Source of the DNA: Alphaproteobacteria bacterium
Lineage (GTDB): Bacteria; Pseudomonadota; Alphaproteobacteria; CAAGCB01; CAG-977
DNA: 64,000 nucleotides
Assembly: GCA_024407875.1 (NCBI GenBank)
Contig: JAKSVT010000007.1
Location: 1,392-65,391 of the forward strand
Direction of reading: 5' to 3'
The notes under the pieces are model-generated. The model was not told the origin of the DNA. It made no database searches and saw only the letters and a list, made by a program, of their open reading frames with translations. Shown here piece by piece: positions 29,515 to 40,268 of the stretch (position 1 is its first letter; each line of letters starts with the position of its first letter). The position numbers and the translations under genes were made by a program.

Positions 29515-30464
29515 TGAGAATTACTTATCAAGGAATTATTGGATGCTTTTCATCTATGGTATGCGAAAAATATTTTCCAAACGATGTCCATCGCAGTTGT
29601 TTATCTTTTTCTGATGCAATAAATGCCGTTTGCAATGATGAGGCTGATGTAGCTGTTATTCCTGTTGAAAATTCAACAGCAGGTCGTGTGGCTGAAGTTT
29701 ATGGTATTTTACCAGAAGCAAATTTATCTATTATTGGTGAAGCTTTTTTACCAATTCATCATTGTTTAATGATGCCTACAAAGTTCGTTAAAGGAATTCC
29801 TCCTCAAAATTTAACAGAAGAAGAACTTTTGGAATGGAAAAAAACACCATTAACAGATATCGAAATTTCTAAATTTGCTAATCACATTATAGAAGTAAGA
29901 TCTCATCCACAAGGCTTATTACAATGCAATAAGTTTTTGGAAAAAGAACTTCCTAATGCTCGTAAAAAAGAATGGTGGGATACAGCAGGTTCTGCACGTG
30001 ATTTAGCTAGAGAAATGACACCAAATGTTGCTGTTATTGCTCCTAAAGGTGCAGAAAGATATAATATGACAATATTAAAGGAAAATATTGAGGATTTAAA
30101 AAATAATACAACTCGCTTTTTATTCTTAAGAAAAACAGCTTTAAATCCAGAAGAATTGTCTAATAAGCCTTTAATTACAACATTGTTGTTTAGAACAATG
30201 CATAAAGCAGGTGCTTTAGTAGAAGCATTGCAAATATTTAAAAAATATAATATTAATATGACGAAATTAGAAACTTATATGACCGGAACATATCATTCAG
30301 AGCCTGTTTTCTATGTTGATGTTGCAATGAATCAATTTGATGAAAAAGGAAGAGCTATATTAAGTGAACTGAAAGAAAAGACATTAGAATGTCAAATTTT
30401 GGGAACTTATGAGACATCAGATATGCGTAGCAGAGAATTAGGTTTCTTACCTGTTGAAGAGTAA
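29514..30464 (+). CDS. pheA: Prephenate dehydratase with C-terminal ACT domain
   Basis: VAVIPVENSTAGRV PDT motif. C-terminal ACT-like regulatory domain. Start codon overlaps the tyrC stop. Confidence 0.8.
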   Translation: MRITYQGIIGCFSSMVCEKYFPNDVHRSCLSFSDAINAVCNDEADVAVIPVENSTAGRVAEVYGILPEANLSIIGEAFLPIHHCLMMPTKFVKGIPPQNLTEEELLEWKKTPLTDIEISKFANHIIEVRSHPQGLLQCNKFLEKELPNARKKEWWDTAGSARDLAREMTPNVAVIAPKGAERYNMTILKENIEDLKNNTTRFLFLRKTALNPEELSNKPLITTLLFRTMHKAGALVEALQIFKKYNINMTKLETYMTGTYHSEPVFYVDVAMNQFDEKGRAILSELKEKTLECQILGTYETSDMRSRELGFLPVEE

Positions 30465-30468
30465 AATT

Positions 30469-30609
30469 ATGACAAGTAAAGACGAAAAATTTGAAAAACA
30501 AGCTCAAATGCTTAAAAAGAATTTGATTTTAAGAAAAAAACAGTTAGCAGACAGAGAAAAACTAAAAGAAGAATTAAAAAATAAAAAAGAAAGTTCTGAA
30601 AATAACTGA
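30469..30609 (+). CDS. Small charged helical ORF (46 aa) between pheA and murA
   Basis: ATG 30469 to TGA 30607-30609. Translation MTSKDEKFEKQAQMLKKNLILRKKQLADREKLKEELKNKKESSENN. Below the 60-aa ORF-track cutoff. No recognisable family. Confidence 0.2.
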   Translation: MTSKDEKFEKQAQMLKKNLILRKKQLADREKLKEELKNKKESSENN

Positions 30610-30630
30610 TTTAATTAAGGATAACAGATT

Positions 30631-31905
30631 ATGGATCGTATTAAAATAGAAGGCGGATATCCTTTACATGGAACTATTTCAATTAGTGGAGCTAAAAATG
30701 CAGCTTTACCATTAATGGCATCGGCTCTTTTAACTGATGAAGTTCTAACGCTTACTAATTTACCTCATTTAGCTGATATTATGACAATGGCTCAATTGTT
30801 AGCTGGACATGGCGTAAAGTTAACTATGACGGATGAAGATAGAGGGACATTTCAATTTGATGGTTCAAACATCTTTAATTTAAAGGCTCCTTATGACATA
30901 GTTCGTAAAATGAGAGCTTCTGTTTTGGTTTTAGGCCCTTTAACTGCTAGATATGGTAGAGCTAAAGTTTCTTTGCCTGGTGGATGCGCAATTGGAGCAA
31001 GACCTGTTGATATTCATTTAGCTGCCTTAGAAAAAATGGGAGCTGAAATTCAAATTAAGGAAGGTTATATAGTAGCTCATGCAAAAGATGGACATTTAAA
31101 TGGTGCAGATATTACTTTCCCAAAGGTAACTGTAGGTGGTACAGAAAATATTCTTATGGCAGCAACGCTTGCAAAAGGGCAAACTATTTTGCGTAATGCT
31201 GCTTGTGAACCTGAAATTTCCGATTTAGCCGAATGTTTAGTTAAAATGGGAGCTGATATTACAGGTATTGGTACAAATACACTTGTAATTAATGGAAAAG
31301 AAAAATTGCATGGAGCAACTCACAAAGTTATAGCAGATAGAATTGAGGCAGCTTCTTATGCAATTGCCGCAGCAATAACAAGAGGTCGTATTGAGTTTAA
31401 AAATGCTAATTTAAAAGATTTAACAGCTGTTGTTCGTATTTTGGTTGATTGTGGTGTTAACATGATTGAAACTGAAGACGGCTTTATAGCTGATGCTCAA
31501 GATGCATATTTAATTGGTACTGATGTTATGACAGAACCTTATCCAGGTTTCCCAACAGATGTTCAGGCTCAATTAACTGCATTACTAGCTACAGCAGGGG
31601 GAGCTTCTTTAATTACAGAAACAATTTTCGAAAATAGATTTATGCATGTGCCAGAACTCGCAAGAATGGGAGCAAATATTAATGTTCATGGTCCATCTTC
31701 AGCTATTGTTAGAGGTGTTCCAAAACTATCTGGTGCTGAAGTTATGGCTACAGATTTAAGAGCTTCAATGTGTTTAGTTTTAGCAGGTTTAGTTGCGACT
31801 GGCACGACAATTATTAACAGAGTATATCATTTGGATCGTGGTTATGAACATTTAGAAGAAAAACTTACAGCTTGTGGTGCTCATATAGAAAGACTTACAG
31901 ATTAA
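30631..31905 (+). CDS. murA: UDP-N-acetylglucosamine 1-carboxyvinyltransferase
   Basis: [28 protein letters not shown]-terminus and the catalytic Cys loop region [15 protein letters not shown]. Confidence 0.92.
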   Translation: MDRIKIEGGYPLHGTISISGAKNAALPLMASALLTDEVLTLTNLPHLADIMTMAQLLAGHGVKLTMTDEDRGTFQFDGSNIFNLKAPYDIVRKMRASVLVLGPLTARYGRAKVSLPGGCAIGARPVDIHLAALEKMGAEIQIKEGYIVAHAKDGHLNGADITFPKVTVGGTENILMAATLAKGQTILRNAACEPEISDLAECLVKMGADITGIGTNTLVINGKEKLHGATHKVIADRIEAASYAIAAAITRGRIEFKNANLKDLTAVVRILVDCGVNMIETEDGFIADAQDAYLIGTDVMTEPYPGFPTDVQAQLTALLATAGGASLITETIFENRFMHVPELARMGANINVHGPSSAIVRGVPKLSGAEVMATDLRASMCLVLAGLVATGTTIINRVYHLDRGYEHLEEKLTACGAHIERLTD

Positions 31906-31920
31906 TAATAGGCGTTACTT

Positions 31921-32583
31921 ATGATTAATAATGAAACAAAGCCAAATATTATAATAGCTTTGCCAAAGGGTAGGATTTTGGATGAAATTATGCCTTTTTT
32001 TGAAAAGGCTAATATTATTCCAGAAAGCGCTTTTTTCGACAAGGATTCAAGATTATTAAGATTTAAAACAAATAAAAGTAATGTTGAGATTATTCGTGTA
32101 CGTAGTTTCGATGTCGCAACATTTGTTGCTTTTGGTGCTGCCCAGATAGGTGTATGTGGAGATGATGTTTTAGAAGAGTTTAAATATTCAGAAATTTACT
32201 CTCCAATAGATTTCAATGTTGGTAAATGTCATATGGCTGTGGCAGCTCCTGTTGATTTTAATGAAAAAAGTGAATTTGAAAAAATAGGGCATATTAGAAT
32301 AGCAACAAAATATCCTAATATAACAATGAATTACTATCAACAAAAAGGCATTCAAGTTGAATGTGTAAAATTATCAGGAGCTATGGAATTAGCACCAACG
32401 GTTGGTTTATGCCATAGAATTGTTGATGTCGTATCTTCAGGAGCAACTTTAAAAGCAAATGGTTTAATAGAACTTGAACATATTATGGATGTTTCAGCTA
32501 AACTAATTGTAAATAGAAGTTTCTTAAAAGCTTCTCCAAAAGTAATGAAAGATTATATAGATCTATTTAAATCAACTTTATAG
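31921..32583 (+). CDS. hisG: ATP phosphoribosyltransferase (short form)
   Basis: IIALPKGRILDE N-terminal motif and the DVVSSGATLKANGL PRPP-binding block. Confidence 0.85.
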   Translation: MINNETKPNIIIALPKGRILDEIMPFFEKANIIPESAFFDKDSRLLRFKTNKSNVEIIRVRSFDVATFVAFGAAQIGVCGDDVLEEFKYSEIYSPIDFNVGKCHMAVAAPVDFNEKSEFEKIGHIRIATKYPNITMNYYQQKGIQVECVKLSGAMELAPTVGLCHRIVDVVSSGATLKANGLIELEHIMDVSAKLIVNRSFLKASPKVMKDYIDLFKSTL

Positions 32584-32603
32584 TGATATTAAAGGAAAAT
32601 AAG

Positions 32604-33896
32604 ATGACTTTTTTTGTGAATGTAAATAGTGAAAATTTTGATAAAGAATTCAAAGCTTTTTTATCAAAAAAGAGAGAAAATGAAAAAGATGTTTCAGATG
32701 TTGTTTCTAATATTATAAATGATGTTAGAGATAATGGAGATAAAGCTCTTTTTGAATACACAAAAAAGTTCGATAAGCTTGATTTAAACAAGGATACTGT
32801 AAAAGTATCTAGAGAAGAAATAGATAATGCAATAAAGCAATGTGATAAAGATGTTTTAGATGCTTTATATTTGGCTGCTGAAAGAATTGAAGCTTTTCAT
32901 AACGGTCAAATGCCAGAAAATAAAGTTTATCAAGATGAAAATGATATGTTGTTGGGGTGGCGTTGGACACCTGTTCAATCTGTTGGGCTATATGTTCCTG
33001 GTGGTACAGCTGCATATCCATCATCAGTATTAATGAATGCTGTTCCTGCTAAAGTCGCTGGTGTAAAACGTATTGTTATGGTCGTTCCTTCTCCAAATGG
33101 TCAATTAAATCCTTTAGTCTTAGCAGCGGCAGATTGTGTTGGCGTTGATGAAATTTATAAAGTTGGTGGGGCTCAAGCTATTGCTGCTTTAGCTTATGGT
33201 ACAGAAAGCATTGATAAGGTAGATTTAATTACAGGACCAGGAAATGCTTATGTTGCAGCAGCAAAAAGACAAGTTTTTGGTAGAGTTGGTATTGATATGA
33301 TTGCTGGACCTTCAGAAATTATGGTTGTTGCTGACAAAACTGCAAATTTAAAATGGTTGGCTGCAGACTTGTTAAGTCAATCTGAACATGATGCTTCAGC
33401 ACAATCTATTCTTGTAACTGATAGTAAAGAAATATTTGAAAATATAAATGCTGAAGTTGAGGCTCAATTAGAAAAACTAGAACGCAAAGATATAGCAAAA
33501 GCGGCTTGGGAAAATAATGGGGCAGTTTTCTTTGTTGATGATGTCATGAAAGATGCTGGATATCTAGTAGATCAAGTAGCTCCTGAACACTTAGAATTAG
33601 TTGTAAAAGAACCTGAAGAATTAAGCAGATATATTCATAATGCTGGAGCTATTTTCTTAGGAGATTTAACCCCTGAAGCTATAGGTGATTATGTTGGAGG
33701 ACCAAATCATGTATTGCCAACAGCTAGAAGTGCTAAGTTCTCATCAGGATTAGGTGTTCAGACTTTTATGAAGAGAACGACTTTGTTAAAATGTTCTAAA
33801 AAAGCTTTAAAACAAATTGGCAATGCTGCAGTTCTTTTGGGAAATGCTGAGGGATTAGGTGCCCACGCTAATTCTGTAAAGGTAAGATTAGATTAA
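32604..33896 (+). CDS. hisD: Histidinol dehydrogenase
   Basis: Conserved blocks GPGNAYVAAAKRQVFGRVGIDMIAGPSE and SEHDASAQSILVT. ATG 32604 preferred over the ORF-track start 32583 because of an AAGGA RBS. Confidence 0.9.
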   Translation: MTFFVNVNSENFDKEFKAFLSKKRENEKDVSDVVSNIINDVRDNGDKALFEYTKKFDKLDLNKDTVKVSREEIDNAIKQCDKDVLDALYLAAERIEAFHNGQMPENKVYQDENDMLLGWRWTPVQSVGLYVPGGTAAYPSSVLMNAVPAKVAGVKRIVMVVPSPNGQLNPLVLAAADCVGVDEIYKVGGAQAIAALAYGTESIDKVDLITGPGNAYVAAAKRQVFGRVGIDMIAGPSEIMVVADKTANLKWLAADLLSQSEHDASAQSILVTDSKEIFENINAEVEAQLEKLERKDIAKAAWENNGAVFFVDDVMKDAGYLVDQVAPEHLELVVKEPEELSRYIHNAGAIFLGDLTPEAIGDYVGGPNHVLPTARSAKFSSGLGVQTFMKRTTLLKCSKKALKQIGNAAVLLGNAEGLGAHANSVKVRLD

Positions 33897-34471
33897 ACTT
33901 CCGATTGTGTGTTTGATACTAAATATGGAGAAATGCCTTGAGAGTTCAAGGCTGCGGCCCATTTACAATCAATAGGTTGATCAAATAAAATATCTGTTGT
34001 TGCCGGAATTGGAAGCCAAGAATTACTTTTTAACTCTTGTTCTAATTGTCCTTTACCCCAACCTGTATAGCCTAAAATAATTAGATATTTCTCAGGACCT
34101 TTGTTATATGCAATGTCTTGAATTACACCTGTTGTAAAAGAAAATGAATAATTACTGTCAATAGCAAGAGTTCCTTTGCTTTTGTATTCAGGAGTATGTA
34201 ATACAAAACCTCTTGTTGGATCCATAGGACCTCCACTTAGAATATTTATATCTTTTTTCTCGGGCAAATCTAATAATTTTAATTGGGAAGCTAAATCTTT
34301 AAATGTAAATTCTGGAATTATTTTGTTAATAACTAATCCCATTGCACCATTTTCATTGTGTAGACAAATGTATATTACTTTCTTAGAAAATACAGGATCT
34401 ACCATTCCTGGCATAGCAACTAAAAATTGTCCTGTTAATGAAAACATATTAATCTCCTTAATTTGTTTCAT
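33893..34471 (-). CDS. yqgE: YqgE/AlgH family protein (UPF0301)
   Basis: QFLVAMPGMVDPVFSKKVIYICLHNENGAMGLVINK matches the family N-terminal signature. Confidence 0.8.
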   Translation of the reverse strand: MKQIKEINMFSLTGQFLVAMPGMVDPVFSKKVIYICLHNENGAMGLVINKIIPEFTFKDLASQLKLLDLPEKKDINILSGGPMDPTRGFVLHTPEYKSKGTLAIDSNYSFSFTTGVIQDIAYNKGPEKYLIILGYTGWGKGQLEQELKSNSWLPIPATTDILFDQPIDCKWAAALNSQGISPYLVSNTQSEV

Positions 34472-34596
34472 TTTAGATTAAAGTTATTAACAATAAATAT
34501 ATTTTTTAGAAAAAAGCTGTTAAAAAAATTTTTCTTTTTTTATTTGATGTAAAATAGTAATCTTATATCAATTAAAGTCGGTATAAGAGGTTTGTA

Positions 34597-36870
34597 ATGC
34601 GCTTTTTGGTTTCTATAGTGTCTTTCTTTGTAATTTTGCTTACAAGTGTTAAAAGTAATGCCGAAGTAATTCCTATGACTTACGGAGATTTGGCTATATA
34701 TAAAGCTTTGCCAAAAAAAGAAAAACTTTCATTTTTAAGAGAATTTTACAAGAAGAATAAAGCTGTAGGTGCGACAGATGGTGAAATTTTAAATGAAATT
34801 GTTAAAATTGATGAGGTAAGAGATAATAAAATTACAAAACTGTTAGCAAAGCTTTCAAAACAAGCTGAAGATATAGATGACTATATTGATTTAGAAGTAG
34901 CTTTTATTAACAAACAAATTGAGAGTGTTCATCCCGATAAAGACAATATCTATGTTGATAAAAAAGATATAAAAACTTGGAAAAATATTAAAAATGTTGT
35001 ACCTGAAGGTCATCCGATTAAAGAATATTTTCATGAATTGTCTTCAAATAAAGGATATTCTAACATAATACGTGGAAAATTTGGAGATATTCAAATTATA
35101 TCATGTTCTTTATTAGATGATAAACAAGAAGAATTCTTTTCTGGAATATATTTAAAATTAAATGATGGGTACTATCTAAAGTCTAATGATGATAAGTGGG
35201 TTGATATAGATTTATCAAAATCAAAAAATTATGCTTTGCAAAAAATGTACTATCCTATGCCTAATTATATAAGGGAAGGTAAGTTTGTAGGTTATACTGG
35301 AGAATTTATAATTCCTTTTAAAGGGAAAATATTAAGTAAAGCAAAAGAGGTTTTAATTGATCCTAGTTTTAATTTTACTTTTTGTAAAGATGAGGAATGT
35401 TTTTCAGAAGATTTGCCAAATATAAATTACACTCCTTATATAACATCATTTCAACCAACAACTTGTTCTATGATTCAGCAAGAATATGTTAAGGTTCCAG
35501 AAAATAATAATTCAAAAATTAAGCTAATTACATCTAAAATTAGTAAAAGTGATAAAAGCCTCTATATTCTTATTGAAAACGATAATACTATAAAGCGTAA
35601 AGTTAACCTTTATATTATTGATGATTTACAATTGAAATTTGGTAAACCTGTAATTTCTATGAAAAATAATAAATTATTGTATAGATATACAATTTTAAAT
35701 TACGATGATATAGACCTATCAAAAGGTTTAGACTTTGCATTATACTTTGAACATCAAAAACTAACATCGAAAGTAGATGTAAAAGCTGAACTGGTAGATG
35801 TGTTTAAGTATAAGGAAAAATTTAATTTAATTAATTTTATGAAAATAGTTATTTTAGGAATTCCTTTCGTATTAATTACGCCATTTTCGTTATTTATTTT
35901 ATCGTTGTTTTTTATAAAATTATCTAATTCATCAGAAAATTCAGAAAACTTTTTTAATGGACTATTTGATAGTTTAAAAATTGCATTTCCTTTAGGTCTG
36001 TTCTTGTGCTATGTGCCTCAACTAAAAGATATGCTGTTCTTGAATATTGGTGTTATTAATATCTTTATGACTTTAACTTTGCTGTTTTTAATTTATTTCG
36101 TCAAATTTATTAATCACGTTAATCAAAATGAATGGACAGCTAGTTTCCAAAAAACAGGTTTTTATTTTGGAATTTTGTTTGCATGTTTGGTTTTAATTGA
36201 TCCTCAAGTATTTTTGTATGATTATATATACGATATTTTACAGGATAATATCCTTCTATACGGGTTATCTTTAATAATTCCTTTTGTTATAGGTTTGTGT
36301 TTTGTTTTCTTGGTTCCAGTAACTGCAAAAATTTCAAATAAATCGAGTTCTATTTTAAGAAAAATGGTTCTTTATCCTTTGATTTTTATGATAATTAATT
36401 ACATTTGTTTAATTATAATCAGAACAAATATTGCTATTGGACTAAGTGCTTTAATTGTAAATATTGTTATTGTTGTAGCTTGTTTTAAATTAAAAGATAA
36501 ACATATTGCTTTAGCACTAGGTTTGCTTCTCTGTGTGGGGCTGAATTTGCTTAAATTTGATAATGCAAATAACTTTGATGAGGCAATATTAACTAGTGAT
36601 AAAAAAGTTATAATTAGTGTCCATAAAAAAGATTGCTTTGCTTGTAAGCTCAATGATTTTTCAATAAATTATTTTGTGAAAAAACACCAAGTTGAAAACA
36701 ATAAATTTGAATTTGTTAAAATGGACTATGATTCAGAAATAGTTAAAAGCCTTTTGGGGGCATCTTTTTATAATCATCCTGTTATGAATATTATATTGTC
36801 TAATAAGGAAAAATTGATAAAGGTTGTAAAAGGAACAAAATTAATTTGGAATGTTCAGACATTAGAATAG
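34597..36870 (+). CDS. Large secreted/membrane protein with central multi-TM region and C-terminal CxxC thioredoxin-like segment, possibly DsbD-like (757 aa)
   Basis: Signal peptide. About 400-aa N-terminal soluble domain. About 8 TM helices containing single Cys residues. C-terminal HKKDCFACKL motif. Lies immediately upstream of the T6SS locus. Confidence 0.3.
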   Translation: MRFLVSIVSFFVILLTSVKSNAEVIPMTYGDLAIYKALPKKEKLSFLREFYKKNKAVGATDGEILNEIVKIDEVRDNKITKLLAKLSKQAEDIDDYIDLEVAFINKQIESVHPDKDNIYVDKKDIKTWKNIKNVVPEGHPIKEYFHELSSNKGYSNIIRGKFGDIQIISCSLLDDKQEEFFSGIYLKLNDGYYLKSNDDKWVDIDLSKSKNYALQKMYYPMPNYIREGKFVGYTGEFIIPFKGKILSKAKEVLIDPSFNFTFCKDEECFSEDLPNINYTPYITSFQPTTCSMIQQEYVKVPENNNSKIKLITSKISKSDKSLYILIENDNTIKRKVNLYIIDDLQLKFGKPVISMKNNKLLYRYTILNYDDIDLSKGLDFALYFEHQKLTSKVDVKAELVDVFKYKEKFNLINFMKIVILGIPFVLITPFSLFILSLFFIKLSNSSENSENFFNGLFDSLKIAFPLGLFLCYVPQLKDMLFLNIGVINIFMTLTLLFLIYFVKFINHVNQNEWTASFQKTGFYFGILFACLVLIDPQVFLYDYIYDILQDNILLYGLSLIIPFVIGLCFVFLVPVTAKISNKSSSILRKMVLYPLIFMIINYICLIIIRTNIAIGLSALIVNIVIVVACFKLKDKHIALALGLLLCVGLNLLKFDNANNFDEAILTSDKKVIISVHKKDCFACKLNDFSINYFVKKHQVENNKFEFVKMDYDSEIVKSLLGASFYNHPVMNIILSNKEKLIKVVKGTKLIWNVQTLE

Positions 36871-37089
36871 CAAATCATTAAACGAATAATTAATCTCTTG
36901 TTTAAAGAACATTCGGATAAGATTTTTGTTATTTATTGTTTGTTGGATTTTAACAAACAGTGGGGTCATTTTTAAATAAAATATACTTAGAGTGGTATTC
37001 CTATTGAATTCACCTATATCAAAATTTTAAATTATATCAGCAAAAAGTAGTCGTAAATGTGATTTTTTGCTTTTAATATTTGATTTTAT
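36871..37089 (+). promoter_or_regulatory. Candidate promoter/operator region upstream of tssA
   Basis: A 219-bp AT-rich intergenic region containing an 8-bp inverted repeat TGTTTGTT-N7-AACAAACA (36937-36959) and a sigma70-like TTGAAT-N17-TTAAAT (37004-37032). Such matches are common by chance at this AT content. Confidence 0.2.
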
Positions 37090-38169
37090 TTGATAATATC
37101 TATTCCAGAATTTTTTAATTTTTTTAGTAGGTGCAAATTGTCTGAATTTGATGATTTAAAACAAGTATTAAGTGCTGATAATAAAACTGGAGAAAATATG
37201 GAGTATGATGCTCTATATTTGGATTTGGAAAATTTAGTAAAACATGATGAAGATAATGCGCCAGACTGGCGAAAATTAAAGAAGAACTGTCTTGAATTAT
37301 GGAAAAAGACAAGAGATTTAAGAGTAGCGTCCTATCTTTGTGTTGCAGAGACTTTGATTAACGGCTTTGAAGGTCTAGCTAATGGATTAGATTTAATCCA
37401 TTGGTTGATTAATGAATGTTGGGAGGACCTCTATCCAAGATTAGATCCTGATGATGATAATGATCCTCTAGAAAGAATAAATATATTGTCTTTGTTATCT
37501 CCAGAACCGGGCGCTTTTGATGATGCTGTTATGTTACCATCTAAAATTCGTTTATTTAAATTGATGCCAAATTTAAAATACACTTTGCGAGACGTCATGA
37601 TTTTAAATGGCGAAATTGATGGTGAATTAGATTTTGATATGAATTTGGTTAACGCAGAAATTCGTTCTCAGCCTCATGGTGCATTAAAAAATCAATTAGA
37701 TTTAATCAATAAGATAATAGATACCTTAAAACTAATTGAAAATACTATTGAAGAAAAGATTGCTGGCAAATATCCTTTAAAGATGGAAACTTTGAATAAA
37801 GATATTATGAGAATTAAACGTTTGCTAGACAGTCAAATATCTTTGAGTGATGGTGAAGAAATTAATGAAAATGAGGTTCAATCAATGGATGCTTCTGATG
37901 ATAGTGCAAAGGTTGAACAAATTAGTTCTGTTCAAATGAATAATATTTCTAATATAGCAAATGCAAAAATTAAGACAAGAGCAGACGCTTTGTTGCTTTT
38001 GAGAAAAAGTATGGAATATTTTCAGTCGGAAGAGCCAACAAGCCCAGTTCCTTATTTGTTACAAAGAGCTATGCGTGTTGCTGAAATGAATTTTATGGAT
38101 TTACTCCAAGATATTGCTCCTGATGCTTTGTCAAGAGGACGTGATGTTTTAGGTGTTAAGGAAGAATAA
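37090..38169 (+). CDS. tssA: Type VI secretion protein TssA (ImpA N-terminal domain)
   Basis: ImpA_N-like block LSADNKTGENMEYDALYLDLENLV...WRKLKKNCLELWKKTRDLRVASYLCVAE...WEDLYP. The true start codon is uncertain (a TTG near 37138 is possible). Confidence 0.7.
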   Translation: MIISIPEFFNFFSRCKLSEFDDLKQVLSADNKTGENMEYDALYLDLENLVKHDEDNAPDWRKLKKNCLELWKKTRDLRVASYLCVAETLINGFEGLANGLDLIHWLINECWEDLYPRLDPDDDNDPLERINILSLLSPEPGAFDDAVMLPSKIRLFKLMPNLKYTLRDVMILNGEIDGELDFDMNLVNAEIRSQPHGALKNQLDLINKIIDTLKLIENTIEEKIAGKYPLKMETLNKDIMRIKRLLDSQISLSDGEEINENEVQSMDASDDSAKVEQISSVQMNNISNIANAKIKTRADALLLLRKSMEYFQSEEPTSPVPYLLQRAMRVAEMNFMDLLQDIAPDALSRGRDVLGVKEE

Positions 38170-38210
38170 GAATTTTTATAGATGTTTTGATAGTGTGAAA
38201 GGAAAAAACA

Positions 38211-38744
38211 ATGGCTTCAAATAATAGTGGTCAAAAATTTATAGGAAAAAATCGTGCTCCACGTGTTCAAGTTGAATATGATGTTGAATTGTATGGTGCA
38301 GAGAAGAAAGTTAATTTACCTTTTGTTATGGGTGTAATGTCTGATTTATCTGGCAAACCAGCAGAACCACTACCAAAGGTAGAAGATCGTAAAATGATGG
38401 AAATCGATGCTGACAACTTTGATGATAGACTTAAAAGTGTAAAACCTCGTGTAGCTTTTAATGTTCCTAACGTTTTATCAGGTGAAGGAAACTTAGCTGT
38501 TGATATGACATTTGAAAACATGGAAGACTTTTCTCCAGCAGCTGTTGCAAAGAAAGTTGATGGTTTAAAGGAATTGTTGCAAGCTCGTCAAGAATTAGCT
38601 AATTTACTTTCTTACATGGATGGTAAATCTGGTGCAGAAGATTTAATTAATAAGATTTTAGAAGATCCTGCATTATTAAAGGCTTTATCACAAAAAGCTA
38701 AAGAAAAAGAAGTTGCTGAAGAAAAAGCAGAAGATAAAGAATAG
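38211..38744 (+). CDS. tssB: Type VI secretion sheath small subunit TssB/VipA
   Basis: RVQVEYDVELYGAEKKVNLPFVMGVMSDLSG is the canonical TssB core. Confidence 0.9.
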   Translation: MASNNSGQKFIGKNRAPRVQVEYDVELYGAEKKVNLPFVMGVMSDLSGKPAEPLPKVEDRKMMEIDADNFDDRLKSVKPRVAFNVPNVLSGEGNLAVDMTFENMEDFSPAAVAKKVDGLKELLQARQELANLLSYMDGKSGAEDLINKILEDPALLKALSQKAKEKEVAEEKAEDKE

Positions 38745-38765
38745 TTTTTAGGAGATTTTTTAATT

Positions 38766-40253
38766 ATGGCTAATGAAACACAACAATTAGATCAAGCAAA
38801 AACAGAAACATTGGAAATGTCTGATTTTGAAAAACTCTTAGACCAAGAGTTTAAGCCAAAATCAGAAGAAGCAAATACTGCTGTTAAAAACGCTGTTTCT
38901 ACTTTAGCATCTCAAGCTTTACAAAATGCAGCATTAGTTTCAGATAATTCAATTAAGACAATTGAAGGAATTATTGCTGAATTAGATAAGAAAATTTCTG
39001 AACAAGTAAATTTAATTATTCACCACAAGGATTTCTCTACATTAGAAGGTGCTTGGCGTGGTTTGAATTATTTGGTTTCAAATACACAAACAAGTGAATC
39101 AATGAAAATTCGTGTTTTGAATATTTCTAAAAGTGATATTGCTAAAACATTGAAGAAATATAAGGGAACAGCTTGGGATCAAAGCCCATTGTTTAAGAAG
39201 TTATATGAAGAAGAATATGGTACAGCTGGTGGTGAACCATTTGGTTGCTTAATTGGTGACTACTATTTTAACCATAGTGCTCCAGATTTGGAAATCTTGA
39301 AGGGCGTAGCACAAATTGCTGCTGCTTCTCATATGCCTTTCGTTTCTGCTTCAGATCCTTCTATTATGAATATGGACTCATGGCAAGAATTAGCAAATCC
39401 TCGTGATATTACAAAGATTTTCTCAACACCAGAATATGCTGCATGGCGTTCTTTCAGAGATTCTGAAGATAGTCGTTATGTTGCATTGGCAATGCCACGT
39501 GTTTTAAGCCGTATGCCTTATGGTTCTAAAACAAATCCTGTAGAAGAATTCAATTTTGAAGAAGATACAGGTGCTGGTTCAAGTGATAAATATAACTGGA
39601 TGAATGCAGCTTATGCAATGGGTGCAAACATCAATCGTTCTTTCACAAATTATGGTTGGTGTGCAAACATTCGTGGTGTAGAATCTGGTGGTGCTGTTGA
39701 AGGATTGCCTACACATACATTCCCTACAGATGATGGTGGTGTAGCTATGAAGTGTCCTACAGAAGTTGCTATTACAGATCGCCGTGAAGCTGAATTATCA
39801 GCAAATGGTTTCTTACCATTAGTTCACTGGAAAAATACAGACTATGCTGTATTCTTAGGTGGTCAAACAGTAAATAAACCAAAAGAATATGATAATGCTG
39901 ATGCAACAGCTAATGCTGCTTTATCTGCACGTTTGCCTTACATTTTTGCAACAAGCCGTTTTGCTCATTACTTAAAATGTATTGTTCGTGATAAGGTAGG
40001 TTCTTTTAAAGAAAAAGAAGATATGCAAAGCTGGTTGAGTGATTGGATTTCTAATTACGTAACAGCAGATGCTCATGCTTCTGAAGAAGTAAAAGCTAAA
40101 TATCCTTTAGCAGAAGCAAAAGTTGAAGTTGATACTATTGAAGGTCAACCAGGATACTATTCAGCAAAATTCTATTTAAGACCACATTACCAATTAGAAG
40201 GTTTAACAACTTCATTAAGATTGGTAACTAAAGTTCCAAGTGGAAATAAATAA
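38766..40253 (+). CDS. tssC: Type VI secretion sheath large subunit TssC/VipB
   Basis: 495 aa with conserved TssC blocks (WRGLNYLV, GCLIGDYYF, ALAMPRVLSRMPYG, NGFLPLVHWKNTDYAVF). Confidence 0.92.
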   Translation: MANETQQLDQAKTETLEMSDFEKLLDQEFKPKSEEANTAVKNAVSTLASQALQNAALVSDNSIKTIEGIIAELDKKISEQVNLIIHHKDFSTLEGAWRGLNYLVSNTQTSESMKIRVLNISKSDIAKTLKKYKGTAWDQSPLFKKLYEEEYGTAGGEPFGCLIGDYYFNHSAPDLEILKGVAQIAAASHMPFVSASDPSIMNMDSWQELANPRDITKIFSTPEYAAWRSFRDSEDSRYVALAMPRVLSRMPYGSKTNPVEEFNFEEDTGAGSSDKYNWMNAAYAMGANINRSFTNYGWCANIRGVESGGAVEGLPTHTFPTDDGGVAMKCPTEVAITDRREAELSANGFLPLVHWKNTDYAVFLGGQTVNKPKEYDNADATANAALSARLPYIFATSRFAHYLKCIVRDKVGSFKEKEDMQSWLSDWISNYVTADAHASEEVKAKYPLAEAKVEVDTIEGQPGYYSAKFYLRPHYQLEGLTTSLRLVTKVPSGNK

Positions 40254-40268
40254 TATTTAATTTGTATG

